Of a stretch of 64,000 bases of DNA, positions 1-10,193 are shown in pieces. A program made the position numbers and the translations under genes. Origin of the DNA: Escherichia coli. Lineage in GTDB: Bacteria > Pseudomonadota > Gammaproteobacteria > Enterobacterales > Enterobacteriaceae. Below the pieces are notes generated by a model. That model ran no database searches. It saw only the letters and a list, made by a program, of their open reading frames with translations, and had not been told where the DNA came from. Within the stretch, counting starts at the first letter, position 1; every line of letters begins with the position of its first letter. The DNA is taken from NCBI RefSeq assembly GCF_022846255.1, contig NZ_AP025682.1. One strand, 5' to 3'.

Positions 1-45
1 CATTGGCGGCACGCGTTGCTAATTCACGATGGTGATTTTATTTCC

Positions 46-61
46 ACGCAAACGGTTTCGT
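46..61. promoter_or_regulatory. PurR operator (pur box) in the purL promoter
   Basis: 16-bp imperfect palindrome ACGCAAACGGTTTCGT about 75 bp upstream of the purL ATG, followed by TATAAT at 79-84; matches the PurR box consensus ACGCAAAC-GTTTGCGT. Confidence 0.55.
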
Positions 62-137
62 CAGCGCATCAGATTCTTTATAATGACGCCCGTTTCCCCC
101 CCTTGGGTACACCGAAAGCTTAGAAGACGAGAGACTT

Positions 138-3100
138 ATGATGGAAATTCTGCGTGGTTCGCCTGCATTGTCGGCATTCCGAATCAACAAACTGCTGGCA
201 CGTTTTCAGGCTGCCAGGCTCCTGGTTCACACTATTTACGCCGAGTATGTCCATTTTGCTGACCTCAATGCGCCGTTAAACGATGATGAGCACGCACAAC
301 TTGAACGCCTGCTGAAATATGGCCCGGCACTCGCCAGCCACGCCCCGCAAGGCAAACTCCTGCTGGTGACCCCGCGTCCTGGCACCATCTCTCCCTGGTC
401 TTCGAAAGCGACCGATATTGCCCATAACTGCGGGCTGCAACAGGTAAACCGCCTTGAGCGCGGCGTTGCTTACTATATAGAAGCCGGTACGCTGACCAAT
501 GAACAATGGCAGCAGGTTACCGCTGAACTGCACGACCGCATGATGGAAACGGTCTTTTTTGCTTTAGATGATGCAGAGCAGCTGTTTGCACACCATCAAC
601 CGACTCCGGTCACCAGCGTTGATTTGCTGGGGCAGGGCCGTCAGGCGCTAATCGACGCTAACCTGCGTCTTGGCCTGGCACTGGCGGAAGATGAAATTGA
701 CTATTTGCAGGATGCTTTCACAAAGCTTGGTCGTAACCCGAACGACATCGAACTGTATATGTTTGCCCAGGCGAACTCCGAGCACTGCCGCCACAAAATT
801 TTTAACGCCGACTGGGTTATCGATGGTGAACAGCAGCCGAAATCGCTATTTAAGATGATCAAAAACACCTTCGAAACCACGCCGGATCACGTTCTCTCTG
901 CTTATAAAGATAACGCCGCCGTAATGGAAGGTTCTGAAGTGGGCCGCTACTTTGCTGACCACGAAACGGGCCGCTACGATTTCCATCAGGAACCGGCGCA
1001 TATTCTGATGAAAGTCGAAACTCACAACCACCCGACGGCGATTTCTCCGTGGCCGGGCGCGGCGACCGGTTCCGGCGGTGAAATCCGCGATGAAGGTGCC
1101 ACCGGACGTGGCGCAAAGCCGAAAGCCGGTCTGGTTGGTTTCTCCGTATCCAACCTGCGAATTCCTGGCTTCGAACAGCCGTGGGAAGAAGATTTCGGTA
1201 AACCTGAGCGCATTGTTACCGCGCTGGACATCATGACCGAAGGCCCGCTGGGCGGTGCGGCGTTTAACAACGAATTTGGTCGTCCGGCACTGAACGGCTA
1301 CTTCCGTACTTATGAAGAAAAAGTGAACAGCCACAATGGCGAAGAGCTGCGCGGTTATCACAAACCGATCATGCTGGCGGGTGGGATCGGCAACATTCGC
1401 GCCGATCACGTACAAAAAGGCGAGATCAACGTTGGTGCGAAGCTGGTCGTTCTCGGCGGCCCGGCAATGAACATCGGTCTTGGCGGCGGCGCGGCGTCTT
1501 CCATGGCATCTGGTCAGTCTGATGCCGACCTCGACTTTGCTTCCGTACAGCGCGACAACCCGGAGATGGAGCGTCGCTGCCAGGAAGTGATCGACCGTTG
1601 CTGGCAGCTTGGTGATGCCAACCCAATCCTGTTTATCCACGACGTTGGCGCAGGCGGTCTTTCTAACGCCATGCCGGAACTGGTGAGCGACGGCGGGCGC
1701 GGCGGTAAATTTGAACTGCGCGATATCCTGAGCGACGAACCGGGCATGAGCCCGCTGGAAATCTGGTGTAACGAATCCCAGGAACGCTACGTGCTGGCGG
1801 TTGCTGCCGATCAGTTACCGCTGTTTGACGAACTGTGTAAGCGTGAGCGCGCACCCTACGCGGTGATTGGTGAAGCGACCGAAGAACTGCATCTTTCTTT
1901 GCACGATCGTCATTTTGATAATCAGCCGATTGATCTACCGCTGGACGTACTGCTTGGCAAAACGCCGAAGATGACCCGCGATGTACAAACGCTGAAAGCG
2001 AAAGGCGACGCGCTGGCCCGTGAAGGGATCACCATCGCTGACGCGGTGAAACGCGTGCTGCATCTGCCGACCGTGGCGGAGAAAACTTTCCTGGTGACCA
2101 TCGGTGACCGCAGCGTAACCGGCATGGTGGCGCGCGATCAGATGGTGGGGCCGTGGCAGGTGCCGGTCGCTAACTGCGCGGTCACTACCGCCAGCCTCGA
2201 CAGCTACTATGGCGAAGCGATGGCAATTGGCGAACGTGCGCCAGTTGCGCTGCTGGATTTCGCCGCTTCTGCCCGTCTGGCAGTCGGTGAAGCGCTAACC
2301 AACATCGCCGCAACACAAATTGGCGATATCAAACGCATTAAACTTTCCGCCAACTGGATGGCGGCGGCAGGCCACCCTGGTGAAGATGCTGGCCTGTATG
2401 AAGCCGTTAAAGCTGTGGGTGAAGAACTTTGTCCGGCGCTGGGCCTGACGATACCGGTGGGTAAAGACTCTATGTCGATGAAAACCCGCTGGCAGGAAGG
2501 TAACGAAGAGCGCGAAATGACGTCGCCGTTGTCGCTGGTGATTTCCGCATTTGCCCGCGTGGAAGATGTACGTCACACCATTACGCCGCAGCTTTCTACC
2601 GAAGATAACGCACTGTTGCTGATTGATTTGGGCAAAGGCAATAACGCGCTGGGCGCAACGGCACTGGCGCAGGTTTATCGTCAGCTTGGCGACAAACCGG
2701 CAGATGTACGCGATGTTGCCCAACTGAAAGGTTTCTATGACGCGATTCAGGCACTGGTTGCACAGCGTAAGCTGCTCGCGTACCACGACCGCTCTGACGG
2801 TGGCCTGCTGGTGACGCTGGCGGAAATGGCGTTTGCTGGTCATTGTGGCATTGACGCAGATATCGCCACTCTGGGTGACGATCGTCTGGCTGCATTGTTT
2901 AGCGAAGAACTGGGTGCGGTGATTCAGGTGCGAGCCGCTGACCGTGAAGCCGTTGAAGCGGTACTGGCACAGCATGGGCTTGCTGATTGCGTCCATTATG
3001 TTGGGCAGGCGGTTTCCGGTGACCGTTTTGTGATTACCGCCAACGGGCAGACTGTATTTAGCGAAAGCCGCACCACGTTGCGTGTCTGGTGGGCAGAAAC

Positions 3101-4025
3101 TACCTGGCAGATGCAGCGCCTGCGTGACAACCCGGAGTGTGCCGATCAGGAACATCAGGCGAAATCAAACGACGCCGATCCGGGCCTTAATGTGAAACTG
3201 TCGTTCGATATCAACGAAGATGTGGCAGCACCGTTTATTGCCACTGGCGCGCGTCCGAAAGTTGCTGTGCTGCGTGAGCAGGGCGTGAACTCCCATGTTG
3301 AAATGGCGGCAGCTTTCCACCGTGCAGGCTTCGATGCTATCGACGTGCATATGAGCGATCTGCTGGCTGGACGCACGGGCCTGGAGGGTTTCCACGCCCT
3401 GGTCGCGTGCGGTGGTTTTTCCTACGGTGATGTGCTGGGCGCTGGTGAAGGTTGGGCGAAGTCTATCCTGTTCAATGACCGTGTACGCGATGAGTTTGCA
3501 ACCTTCTTCCATCGTCCGCAAACGCTGGCGCTGGGGGTATGTAACGGTTGCCAGATGATGTCTAATCTGCGTGAACTGATCCCAGGTAGCGAGTTGTGGC
3601 CACGTTTTGTGCGTAACACCTCCGATCGCTTTGAAGCGCGTTTCAGTCTGGTAGAAGTAACCCAAAGCCCGTCGCTGCTGTTGCAGGGGATGGTGGGCTC
3701 GCAGATGCCGATTGCTGTCTCTCACGGTGAAGGGCGCGTTGAAGTGCGCGATGCGGCGCATCTGGCGGCACTGGAAAGCAAAGGGCTGGTGGCACTGCGC
3801 TATGTCGATAACTTCGGCAAAGTCACTGAAACCTACCCGGCTAACCCGAACGGTTCACCGAACGGTATTACGGCGGTCACGACTGAAAGTGGTCGAGTCA
3901 CCATTATGATGCCGCACCCGGAACGAGTTTTCCGTACTGTCAGCAACTCCTGGCATCCGGAAAACTGGGGCGAGGATGGCCCATGGATGCGCATTTTCCG
4001 CAATGCACGTAAGCAGTTGGGGTAA
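138..4025 (+). CDS. purL: phosphoribosylformylglycinamidine synthase (large single-chain FGAM synthase)
   Basis: 1295-aa ORF with N-terminal [20 protein letters not shown] and a C-terminal glutamine amidotransferase domain (GVCNGCQMM); full-length collinear match to enterobacterial PurL from memory. Confidence 0.97.
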   Translation: MMEILRGSPALSAFRINKLLARFQAARLLVHTIYAEYVHFADLNAPLNDDEHAQLERLLKYGPALASHAPQGKLLLVTPRPGTISPWSSKATDIAHNCGLQQVNRLERGVAYYIEAGTLTNEQWQQVTAELHDRMMETVFFALDDAEQLFAHHQPTPVTSVDLLGQGRQALIDANLRLGLALAEDEIDYLQDAFTKLGRNPNDIELYMFAQANSEHCRHKIFNADWVIDGEQQPKSLFKMIKNTFETTPDHVLSAYKDNAAVMEGSEVGRYFADHETGRYDFHQEPAHILMKVETHNHPTAISPWPGAATGSGGEIRDEGATGRGAKPKAGLVGFSVSNLRIPGFEQPWEEDFGKPERIVTALDIMTEGPLGGAAFNNEFGRPALNGYFRTYEEKVNSHNGEELRGYHKPIMLAGGIGNIRADHVQKGEINVGAKLVVLGGPAMNIGLGGGAASSMASGQSDADLDFASVQRDNPEMERRCQEVIDRCWQLGDANPILFIHDVGAGGLSNAMPELVSDGGRGGKFELRDILSDEPGMSPLEIWCNESQERYVLAVAADQLPLFDELCKRERAPYAVIGEATEELHLSLHDRHFDNQPIDLPLDVLLGKTPKMTRDVQTLKAKGDALAREGITIADAVKRVLHLPTVAEKTFLVTIGDRSVTGMVARDQMVGPWQVPVANCAVTTASLDSYYGEAMAIGERAPVALLDFAASARLAVGEALTNIAATQIGDIKRIKLSANWMAAAGHPGEDAGLYEAVKAVGEELCPALGLTIPVGKDSMSMKTRWQEGNEEREMTSPLSLVISAFARVEDVRHTITPQLSTEDNALLLIDLGKGNNALGATALAQVYRQLGDKPADVRDVAQLKGFYDAIQALVAQRKLLAYHDRSDGGLLVTLAEMAFAGHCGIDADIATLGDDRLAALFSEELGAVIQVRAADREAVEAVLAQHGLADCVHYVGQAVSGDRFVITANGQTVFSESRTTLRVWWAETTWQMQRLRDNPECADQEHQAKSNDADPGLNVKLSFDINEDVAAPFIATGARPKVAVLREQGVNSHVEMAAAFHRAGFDAIDVHMSDLLAGRTGLEGFHALVACGGFSYGDVLGAGEGWAKSILFNDRVRDEFATFFHRPQTLALGVCNGCQMMSNLRELIPGSELWPRFVRNTSDRFEARFSLVEVTQSPSLLLQGMVGSQMPIAVSHGEGRVEVRDAAHLAALESKGLVALRYVDNFGKVTETYPANPNGSPNGITAVTTESGRVTIMMPHPERVFRTVSNSWHPENWGEDGPWMRIFRNARKQLG

Positions 4026-4044
4026 GTCGTCAACCCATTGGTAT

Positions 4045-4080
4045 TGCAGCCCGGATGAGGCATTCACGCCGCATCCGGCA
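4045..4080. repeat. REP-like palindromic element downstream of purL
   Basis: GCCGGATG...CATCCGGC imperfect palindrome typical of enterobacterial REP units. Confidence 0.4.
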
Positions 4081-4103
4081 TTAAGCACCAACCGCTATTA
4101 TGA

Positions 4104-4127
4104 GCTCCCAACTTCGGGAGCTTTTTT
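4104..4127 (+). terminator. intrinsic terminator of purL
   Basis: GCTCCC-aacttc-GGGAGC hairpin immediately followed by TTTTTT. Confidence 0.6.
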
Positions 4128-4128
4128 G

Positions 4129-4242
4129 TGTCTGTAAATCACGACAATGGGTGGTTTGCCGTGTCGCTTTTTGGTGACACTTAACTCATTGATTTTAATA
4201 TTATCTAATAAGTTTATCTTAAGTTGTCTCTTTTTAGCGACA
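4129..4242 (+). promoter_or_regulatory. three TGTC-N10-GACA activator sites (GlrR/QseF-type) upstream of glmY
   Basis: TGTCtgtaaatcacGACA 4129-4146, TGTCgctttttggtGACA 4162-4179 and TGTCtctttttagcGACA 4225-4242, all with 10-bp spacers, 90-230 bp upstream of a sigma54 promoter. Confidence 0.6.
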
Positions 4243-4331
4243 CAGTGGCTGATTTACATTCAAATAGCGGAGAAGCCATAAACCCCTCAAAGCAGCGTAT
4301 AATCAGTATGTTACCAAACTATTTTCTTTAT

Positions 4332-4351
4332 TGGCACAGTTACTGCATAAT
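4332..4351 (+). promoter_or_regulatory. sigma54 (-24 TGGCAC / -12 CTGCA) promoter overlapping a sigma70 -10 (CATAAT) for glmY
   Basis: TGGCAC at 4332-4337 and CTGCA at 4343-4347 (GG-N10-GC spacing), with CATAAT at 4346-4351, about 8 nt upstream of the glmY 5' end. Confidence 0.65.
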
Positions 4352-4358
4352 AGTAAGC

Positions 4359-4544
4359 AGTGGCTCATTCGCCGACTTATGTCAGCCCCTTCGGGACGTG
4401 CTACATAAAATTCGAATGACGCACAACAAGGTGCCTGCCGTCCAACTTCTGATATCAGCGTAGCTATATCAACCATCGGGCGAAACGTCGAGTTAGGCAC
4501 CGCCTTATTCCATAACAAAGCCGGGTAATTCCCGGCTTTGTTGT
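4359..4544 (+). ncRNA. glmY: GlmY small RNA (regulator of glmS via GlmZ/RapZ)
   Basis: Begins AGTGGCTCATTC..., about 185 nt, ends in AAAGCCGGG-taat-CCCGGCTTT hairpin plus U-run at 4518-4544; sits immediately upstream of glrK as in K-12; no credible ORF. Confidence 0.8.
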
Positions 4545-4600
4545 ATCTGAACTTCCCCTCGGTTAGCATCAGGCTATTCGCGTCTGACGAGAGTAACGCC

Positions 4601-6028
4601 TTGAAACGCTGGCCCGTTTTTCCCCGCTCATTACGACAACTGGTAATGCTGGCATTTTTGCTGATTCTGCTGCCCCTGTTGGTGCTGGCATGGCAAGCCT
4701 GGCAAAGCCTGAATGCACTTAGCGATCAGGCGGCGCTGGTTAACCGCACTACGCTTATTGATGCCCGGCGCAGTGAAGCGATGACCAACGCGGCACTGGA
4801 GATGGAGCGCAGCTATCGTCAGTACTGCGTGCTGGACGACCCTACGCTTGCGAAGGTTTATCAAAGCCAGCGCAAGCGTTACAGCGAAATGCTCGATGCC
4901 CACGCAGGCGTGCTGCCGGACGATAAACTCTACCAGGCATTACGTCAGGATTTGAACAATCTGGCTCAACTTCAGTGTAACAACAGCGGTCCCGATGCTG
5001 CTGCCGCCGCGCGTCTGGAAGCCTTTGCCAGTGCCAATACCGAAATGGTGCAGGCCACGCGCACAGTGGTGTTCTCTCGTGGGCAGCAACTTCAGCGTGA
5101 AATCGCCGAACGTGGGCAATATTTTGGTTGGCAATCGCTGGTGCTATTTCTGGTGAGTCTGGTGATGGTACTGCTTTTCACGAGGATGATTATCGGTCCG
5201 GTGAAAAATATCGAGCGCATGATCAACCGGCTGGGGGAAGGGCGTTCTCTGGGCAATAGCGTCTCGTTCAGTGGACCGAGCGAGTTACGCTCGGTTGGGC
5301 AACGTATTCTTTGGTTAAGTGAGCGCCTGTCATGGCTGGAATCCCAACGCCATCAATTTTTAAGACATTTATCTCATGAATTAAAAACGCCACTGGCGAG
5401 TATGCGCGAGGGCACTGAATTACTGGCTGATCAGGTTGTCGGGCCGCTTACGCCAGAGCAAAAAGAGGTGGTGAGCATTCTTGATAGCAGCAGCCGCAAT
5501 TTGCAAAAGCTGATCGAACAACTGCTTGATTACAACCGTAAACAGGCGGACAGTGCGGTGGAACTGGAGAATGTTGAGTTAGCACCGCTGGTGGAGACAG
5601 TGGTTTCTGCTCATAGCCTGCCCGCACGGGCTAAAATGATGCATACCGACGTTGATCTCAAAGCAACAGCTTGCCTGGCGGAGCCAATGCTGCTGATGAG
5701 CGTACTGGATAATCTTTACTCCAATGCGGTGCACTACGGGGCTGAATCCGGTAACATTTGCCTTCGCAGCAGTTTACATGGTGCGCGGGTTTATATTGAT
5801 GTCATCAATACAGGCACGCCCATTCCGCAAGAGGAACGCGCCATGATCTTCGAACCCTTTTTTCAGGGAAGCCACCAGCGAAAAGGGGCGGTGAAGGGCA
5901 GCGGTCTGGGATTAAGCATTGCCAGGGATTGTATTCGCCGTATGCAAGGGGAACTGTATCTGGTCGACGAGAGCGGGCAAGACGTTTGTTTCCGCATTGA
6001 ATTACCGTCGTCGAAAAACACGAAATAA
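4601..6028 (+). CDS. glrK: sensor histidine kinase GlrK/QseE
   Basis: N-terminal TM segment, HAMP region, H-box SHELKTPL and HATPase motifs; start placed at TTG 4601 (MKRWPVFPRS...) rather than the upstream ATG 4538 of the ORF track, to match the known N-terminus. Confidence 0.88.
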   Translation: MKRWPVFPRSLRQLVMLAFLLILLPLLVLAWQAWQSLNALSDQAALVNRTTLIDARRSEAMTNAALEMERSYRQYCVLDDPTLAKVYQSQRKRYSEMLDAHAGVLPDDKLYQALRQDLNNLAQLQCNNSGPDAAAAARLEAFASANTEMVQATRTVVFSRGQQLQREIAERGQYFGWQSLVLFLVSLVMVLLFTRMIIGPVKNIERMINRLGEGRSLGNSVSFSGPSELRSVGQRILWLSERLSWLESQRHQFLRHLSHELKTPLASMREGTELLADQVVGPLTPEQKEVVSILDSSSRNLQKLIEQLLDYNRKQADSAVELENVELAPLVETVVSAHSLPARAKMMHTDVDLKATACLAEPMLLMSVLDNLYSNAVHYGAESGNICLRSSLHGARVYIDVINTGTPIPQEERAMIFEPFFQGSHQRKGAVKGSGLGLSIARDCIRRMQGELYLVDESGQDVCFRIELPSSKNTK

Positions 6029-6192
6029 TGCTAACAGCCCATCCCATCAGGCTATTTTATTTGTCAGTTCGGCCCCGGGCAGTGCTCGAAATCTTCACGT
6101 ACGACATGTACGCTCCGGTTTCTCCGCGCTGTCCATGTCCAAACTGCCTGCAACAATTACGCCCACTGGGATAGGCTTTAAGTCTGGTGAAT

Positions 6193-6906
6193 ATGCGACA
6201 CATTTTTCAACGATTATTGCCCCGACGGCTGTGGCTGGCAGGGCTGCCATGTCTGGCATTGCTGGGTTGCGTGCAGAGTCACAATAGGCCAGCCATTGAT
6301 ACGCCAGCAGAAGAAAAAATTCCGGTTTATCAACTGGCTGACTATCTTTCTACTGAATGTAGCGACATCTGGGCGCTGCAAGGTAAATCTACCGAAACCA
6401 ATCCGCTTTACTGGCTGCGGGCGATGGATTGTGCTGATCGTTTAATGCCTGCGCAGTCGCGTCAGCAAGCCCGCCAATATGACGACGGCAACTGGCAAAA
6501 TACCTTTAAACAAGGGATTTTGCTCGCCGACGCCAAAATTACTCCGTATGAGCGCCGCCAGCTGGTCGCGCGCATTGATGCGCTAAGTACCGAGATCCCG
6601 GCACAGGTTCGCCCACTGTATCAACTTTGGCGCGACGGTCAGGCGCTGCAACTGCAACTGGCGGAAGAGCGCCAACGCTACAGCAAACTCCAGCAGTCCA
6701 GCGACAGCGAGCTGGATACTTTGCGCCAGCAACATCACGTTCTACAACAGCAACTGGAACTCACTACCCGCAAGCTGGAAAACCTGACCGATATTGAACG
6801 CCAGCTCTCGACCCGCAAACCGGCCGGAAATTTCTCGCCGGATACGCCGCACGAGAGTGAAAAGCCCGCGCCATCCACCGATGAGGTCACTCCTGATGAG
6901 CCATAA
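6193..6906 (+). CDS. qseG: outer-membrane lipoprotein QseG/GlrP (accessory component of the GlrK-GlrR system)
   Basis: Signal peptide with lipobox LLGC, coiled-coil-rich C-terminus; lies between glrK and glrR. Confidence 0.85.
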   Translation: MRHIFQRLLPRRLWLAGLPCLALLGCVQSHNRPAIDTPAEEKIPVYQLADYLSTECSDIWALQGKSTETNPLYWLRAMDCADRLMPAQSRQQARQYDDGNWQNTFKQGILLADAKITPYERRQLVARIDALSTEIPAQVRPLYQLWRDGQALQLQLAEERQRYSKLQQSSDSELDTLRQQHHVLQQQLELTTRKLENLTDIERQLSTRKPAGNFSPDTPHESEKPAPSTDEVTPDEP

Positions 6907-8230
6907 ACCTGCGCATTTATTACTGGTCGATGACGATCCGGGATTGCTGAAACTGCTTGGCCTGCGCCTGACCAGCGAAGGCTACAGTGTGGTCACGGCG
7001 GAAAGTGGTGCTGAAGGATTGCGGGTACTGAATCGCGAAAAAGTAGATTTAGTCATCAGCGACCTGCGGATGGATGAAATGGACGGTATGCAGCTGTTTG
7101 CTGAAATCCAGAAAGTGCAGCCGGGAATGCCAGTAATTATTCTTACCGCGCATGGTTCTATTCCTGATGCCGTTGCTGCAACACAGCAGGGCGTGTTCAG
7201 TTTTCTCACCAAGCCTGTCGATAAAGATGCGCTATATCAGGCAATTGACGATGCGCTGGAACAATCCGCGCCAGCCACCGACGAACGTTGGCGCGAGGCG
7301 ATTGTCACCCGCAGCCCGCTGATGCTGCGCTTGCTGGAACAGGCGCGGCTGGTGGCACAATCAGACGTTAGCGTTTTGATTAACGGCCAGAGCGGCACCG
7401 GGAAAGAGATTTTCGCCCAGGCTATCCACAACGCCAGCCCGCGCAACAGCAAGCCATTTATTGCTATTAACTGTGGCGCATTACCCGAGCAATTGCTGGA
7501 GTCGGAGCTGTTTGGTCATGCACGTGGCGCGTTTACTGGCGCTGTCAGCAATCGCGAAGGTTTATTCCAGGCGGCGGAAGGCGGTACGCTATTTCTTGAT
7601 GAGATTGGCGATATGCCTGCACCGTTGCAGGTCAAACTGCTGCGCGTGTTGCAGGAGCGTAAAGTGCGCCCGCTGGGCAGTAACCGCGATATTGATATCG
7701 ACGTGCGGATTATTTCTGCGACCCACCGCGACCTGCCAAAAGCGATGGCGCGTGGGGAATTCCGTGAAGATCTTTATTACCGCCTCAATGTTGTCAGCCT
7801 GAAAATTCCGGCACTGGCGGAGCGCACAGAAGACATTCCGCTACTGGCAAATCACCTGTTGCGCCAGGCGGCAGAGCGACATAAACCGTTTGTCCGCGCG
7901 TTCTCCACCGATGCAATGAAACGCCTGATGACTGCGAGCTGGCCGGGCAACGTGCGCCAGTTGGTCAACGTGATTGAACAGTGCGTGGCGCTGACATCAT
8001 CTCCGGTAATTAGTGATGCGCTGGTGGAGCAGGCGCTGGAGGGCGAAAACACGGCGCTGCCAACCTTTGTTGAGGCGCGTAATCAGTTTGAACTCAACTA
8101 TTTGCGTAAGCTGCTGCAAATCACCAAAGGCAACGTCACCCACGCGGCGAGAATGGCGGGGCGCAACCGGACAGAATTTTATAAACTGCTTTCCCGACAC
8201 GAACTGGATGCAAACGATTTCAAGGAATGA
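6896..8230 (+). CDS. glrR: sigma54-dependent response regulator GlrR/QseF
   Basis: Receiver domain (LLVDDDPGLL), AAA+ sigma54-activation domain with Walker A GQSGTGKE and the GAFTGA motif, C-terminal HTH; ATG at 6896 overlaps the qseG stop by 11 nt. Confidence 0.92.
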   Translation: MSHKPAHLLLVDDDPGLLKLLGLRLTSEGYSVVTAESGAEGLRVLNREKVDLVISDLRMDEMDGMQLFAEIQKVQPGMPVIILTAHGSIPDAVAATQQGVFSFLTKPVDKDALYQAIDDALEQSAPATDERWREAIVTRSPLMLRLLEQARLVAQSDVSVLINGQSGTGKEIFAQAIHNASPRNSKPFIAINCGALPEQLLESELFGHARGAFTGAVSNREGLFQAAEGGTLFLDEIGDMPAPLQVKLLRVLQERKVRPLGSNRDIDIDVRIISATHRDLPKAMARGEFREDLYYRLNVVSLKIPALAERTEDIPLLANHLLRQAAERHKPFVRAFSTDAMKRLMTASWPGNVRQLVNVIEQCVALTSSPVISDALVEQALEGENTALPTFVEARNQFELNYLRKLLQITKGNVTHAARMAGRNRTEFYKLLSRHELDANDFKE

Positions 8231-8254
8231 ATTGGCGTTATGTGTTACGTTTAG

Positions 8255-8629
<375 letters not shown>

Positions 8630-8642
8630 AACGCGTCAAGGG

Positions 8643-8666
8643 TTGCCGGATGTGTCCATCCGGCAA
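8643..8666. terminator. perfect 10-bp inverted repeat between convergent glnB and hmp (putative bidirectional terminator or REP-like hairpin)
   Basis: TTGCCGGATG-tgtc-CATCCGGCAA. Confidence 0.35.
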
Positions 8667-8673
8667 CATCAAA

Positions 8674-9864
8674 TCACAGCACCTTATGCGGGCCAAAGCA
8701 TTCGTAATGAATGTTTTCCTGTTTCACGCCCAGATCCACTAACTGTTTCGCGGCAAACTGCATGAAGCCAACCGGGCCGCAGAGATAGAACTGCATTGTC
8801 GGATCGCTGAACGCACCTTCCAGTTTGCTCAAATCCATCAGACCTTCGCTATCAAACTGACCTTTAGCGCGATCGGCTTCGCTCGGCTGACGATACCAGG
8901 TGTGTGCGGTAAAGCGTGGCAGTGATTGACCCAGTTCCTTAACTTCATCGGCAAAGGCGTGAACATTGCCATTTTCTGCCGCATGGAACCAGTTCACTTG
9001 TGCTGTGTGGCCTGCTTTTGCCAGCGTGTCGAGCATTGCCAGCATTGGCGTTTGACCGACACCGGCAGAGATTAACGTCACTGGTGTGTCATCTGCGACA
9101 GCCATAAAGAAATCACCTGCCGGAGCGACCAGTTTCACGACATCGCCAACATTGGCGTGATTGTGCAGCCAGTTGGATACCTGCCCGCCATCTTCGCGTT
9201 TCACCGCAATACGATAGCCTTTGCCATCCGGTTTGCGAGTCAAAGAGTACTGACGAATTTCCTGATGCGGGAAACCTTCCGGCTTCAGCCAGACGCCGAG
9301 ATATTGCCCCGGACGGTATTCTGCCACTGCGCCACCGTCGACCGGCTCCAGTTCGAAGCTGGTGATAAGCGCGCTGCGCGGTGTTTTAGCCACAATGCGG
9401 AAATCGCGAGTACCTTCCCAACCACCGGCTTTGCTGGCGTTTTCGTTATAGATTTCCGCCTCGCGATTGATAAATACATTAGCCAGGACGCCATAGGCTT
9501 TACCCCACGCGTCCAGCACTTCCTGCCCCGGGCTGAACATTTCGTCCAGCGTTGCCAACAGGTGTTCACCGACGATGTTGTACTGTTCCGGTTTGATCTG
9601 GAAACTGGTGTGCTTCTGCGCGATTTTTTCTACCGCTGGCAGCAGCGCAGGCAGGTTTTCAATATTGCTGGCGTAGGCGGCAATAGCGTTAAACAGGGCT
9701 TCACGTTGATCGCCATTACGCTGGTTACTCATGTTAAAAATTTCTTTGAGTTCTGGGTTATGAGTAAACATACGGTCGTAGAAATGGGCGGTTAACTTTG
9801 GTCCCGTTTCCACCAGTAAAGGGATGGTGGCTTTTACTGTAGCGATGGTTTGAGCGTCAAGCAT
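8674..9864 (-). CDS. hmp: flavohemoglobin / nitric oxide dioxygenase
   Basis: 396 aa; N-terminal globin domain ([17 protein letters not shown]) fused to FAD/NAD(P)H ferredoxin-reductase-like domain. Confidence 0.96.
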   Translation of the reverse strand: MLDAQTIATVKATIPLLVETGPKLTAHFYDRMFTHNPELKEIFNMSNQRNGDQREALFNAIAAYASNIENLPALLPAVEKIAQKHTSFQIKPEQYNIVGEHLLATLDEMFSPGQEVLDAWGKAYGVLANVFINREAEIYNENASKAGGWEGTRDFRIVAKTPRSALITSFELEPVDGGAVAEYRPGQYLGVWLKPEGFPHQEIRQYSLTRKPDGKGYRIAVKREDGGQVSNWLHNHANVGDVVKLVAPAGDFFMAVADDTPVTLISAGVGQTPMLAMLDTLAKAGHTAQVNWFHAAENGNVHAFADEVKELGQSLPRFTAHTWYRQPSEADRAKGQFDSEGLMDLSKLEGAFSDPTMQFYLCGPVGFMQFAAKQLVDLGVKQENIHYECFGPHKVL

Positions 9865-9883
9865 ATGGTCTTCCTTTTTTTTT

Positions 9884-9915
9884 GCATCTTAATTGATGTA
9901 TCTCAAATGCATCTT
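9884..9915. promoter_or_regulatory. NsrR-type operator in the hmp promoter
   Basis: AT-rich palindrome AAGATGCATTTGAGATACATCAATTAAGATGC (read on the minus strand) 20-50 bp upstream of the hmp start; resembles the NsrR consensus AAGATGyATTT...AAATrCATCTT. Confidence 0.55.
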
Positions 9916-10193
9916 ATAAAAAATAGCCCTGCAATGTAAATGGTTCTTTGGTGTTTTTCAGAAAGAATGTGATGAAGTGAAAAATTTGCATCACAAACCT
10001 GAAAAGAAATCCGTTTCCGGTTGCAAGCTCTTTATTCTCCAAAGCCTTGCGCAGCCTGAAGGTAATCGTTTGCGTAAATTCCTTTGTCAAGACCTGTTAT
10101 CGCACAATGATTCGGTTATACTGTTCGCCGTTGTCCAACAGGACCGCCTATAAAGGCCAAAAATTTTATTGTTAGCTGAGTCAGGAGATGCGG

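Noticed and set aside
846-1640. 264-aa minus-strand ORF (and others at 2295-3155, 3165-3761) inside purL
   Set aside because: Entirely antisense to a confidently identified, full-length purL; Arg/Ala-rich translation typical of out-of-frame reading of GC-rich coding DNA; no start-site context.
4224-4463. 79-aa plus-strand ORF overlapping the glmY promoter and RNA
   Set aside because: Overlaps a well-defined sRNA with sigma54 promoter and terminator; no translational signals.
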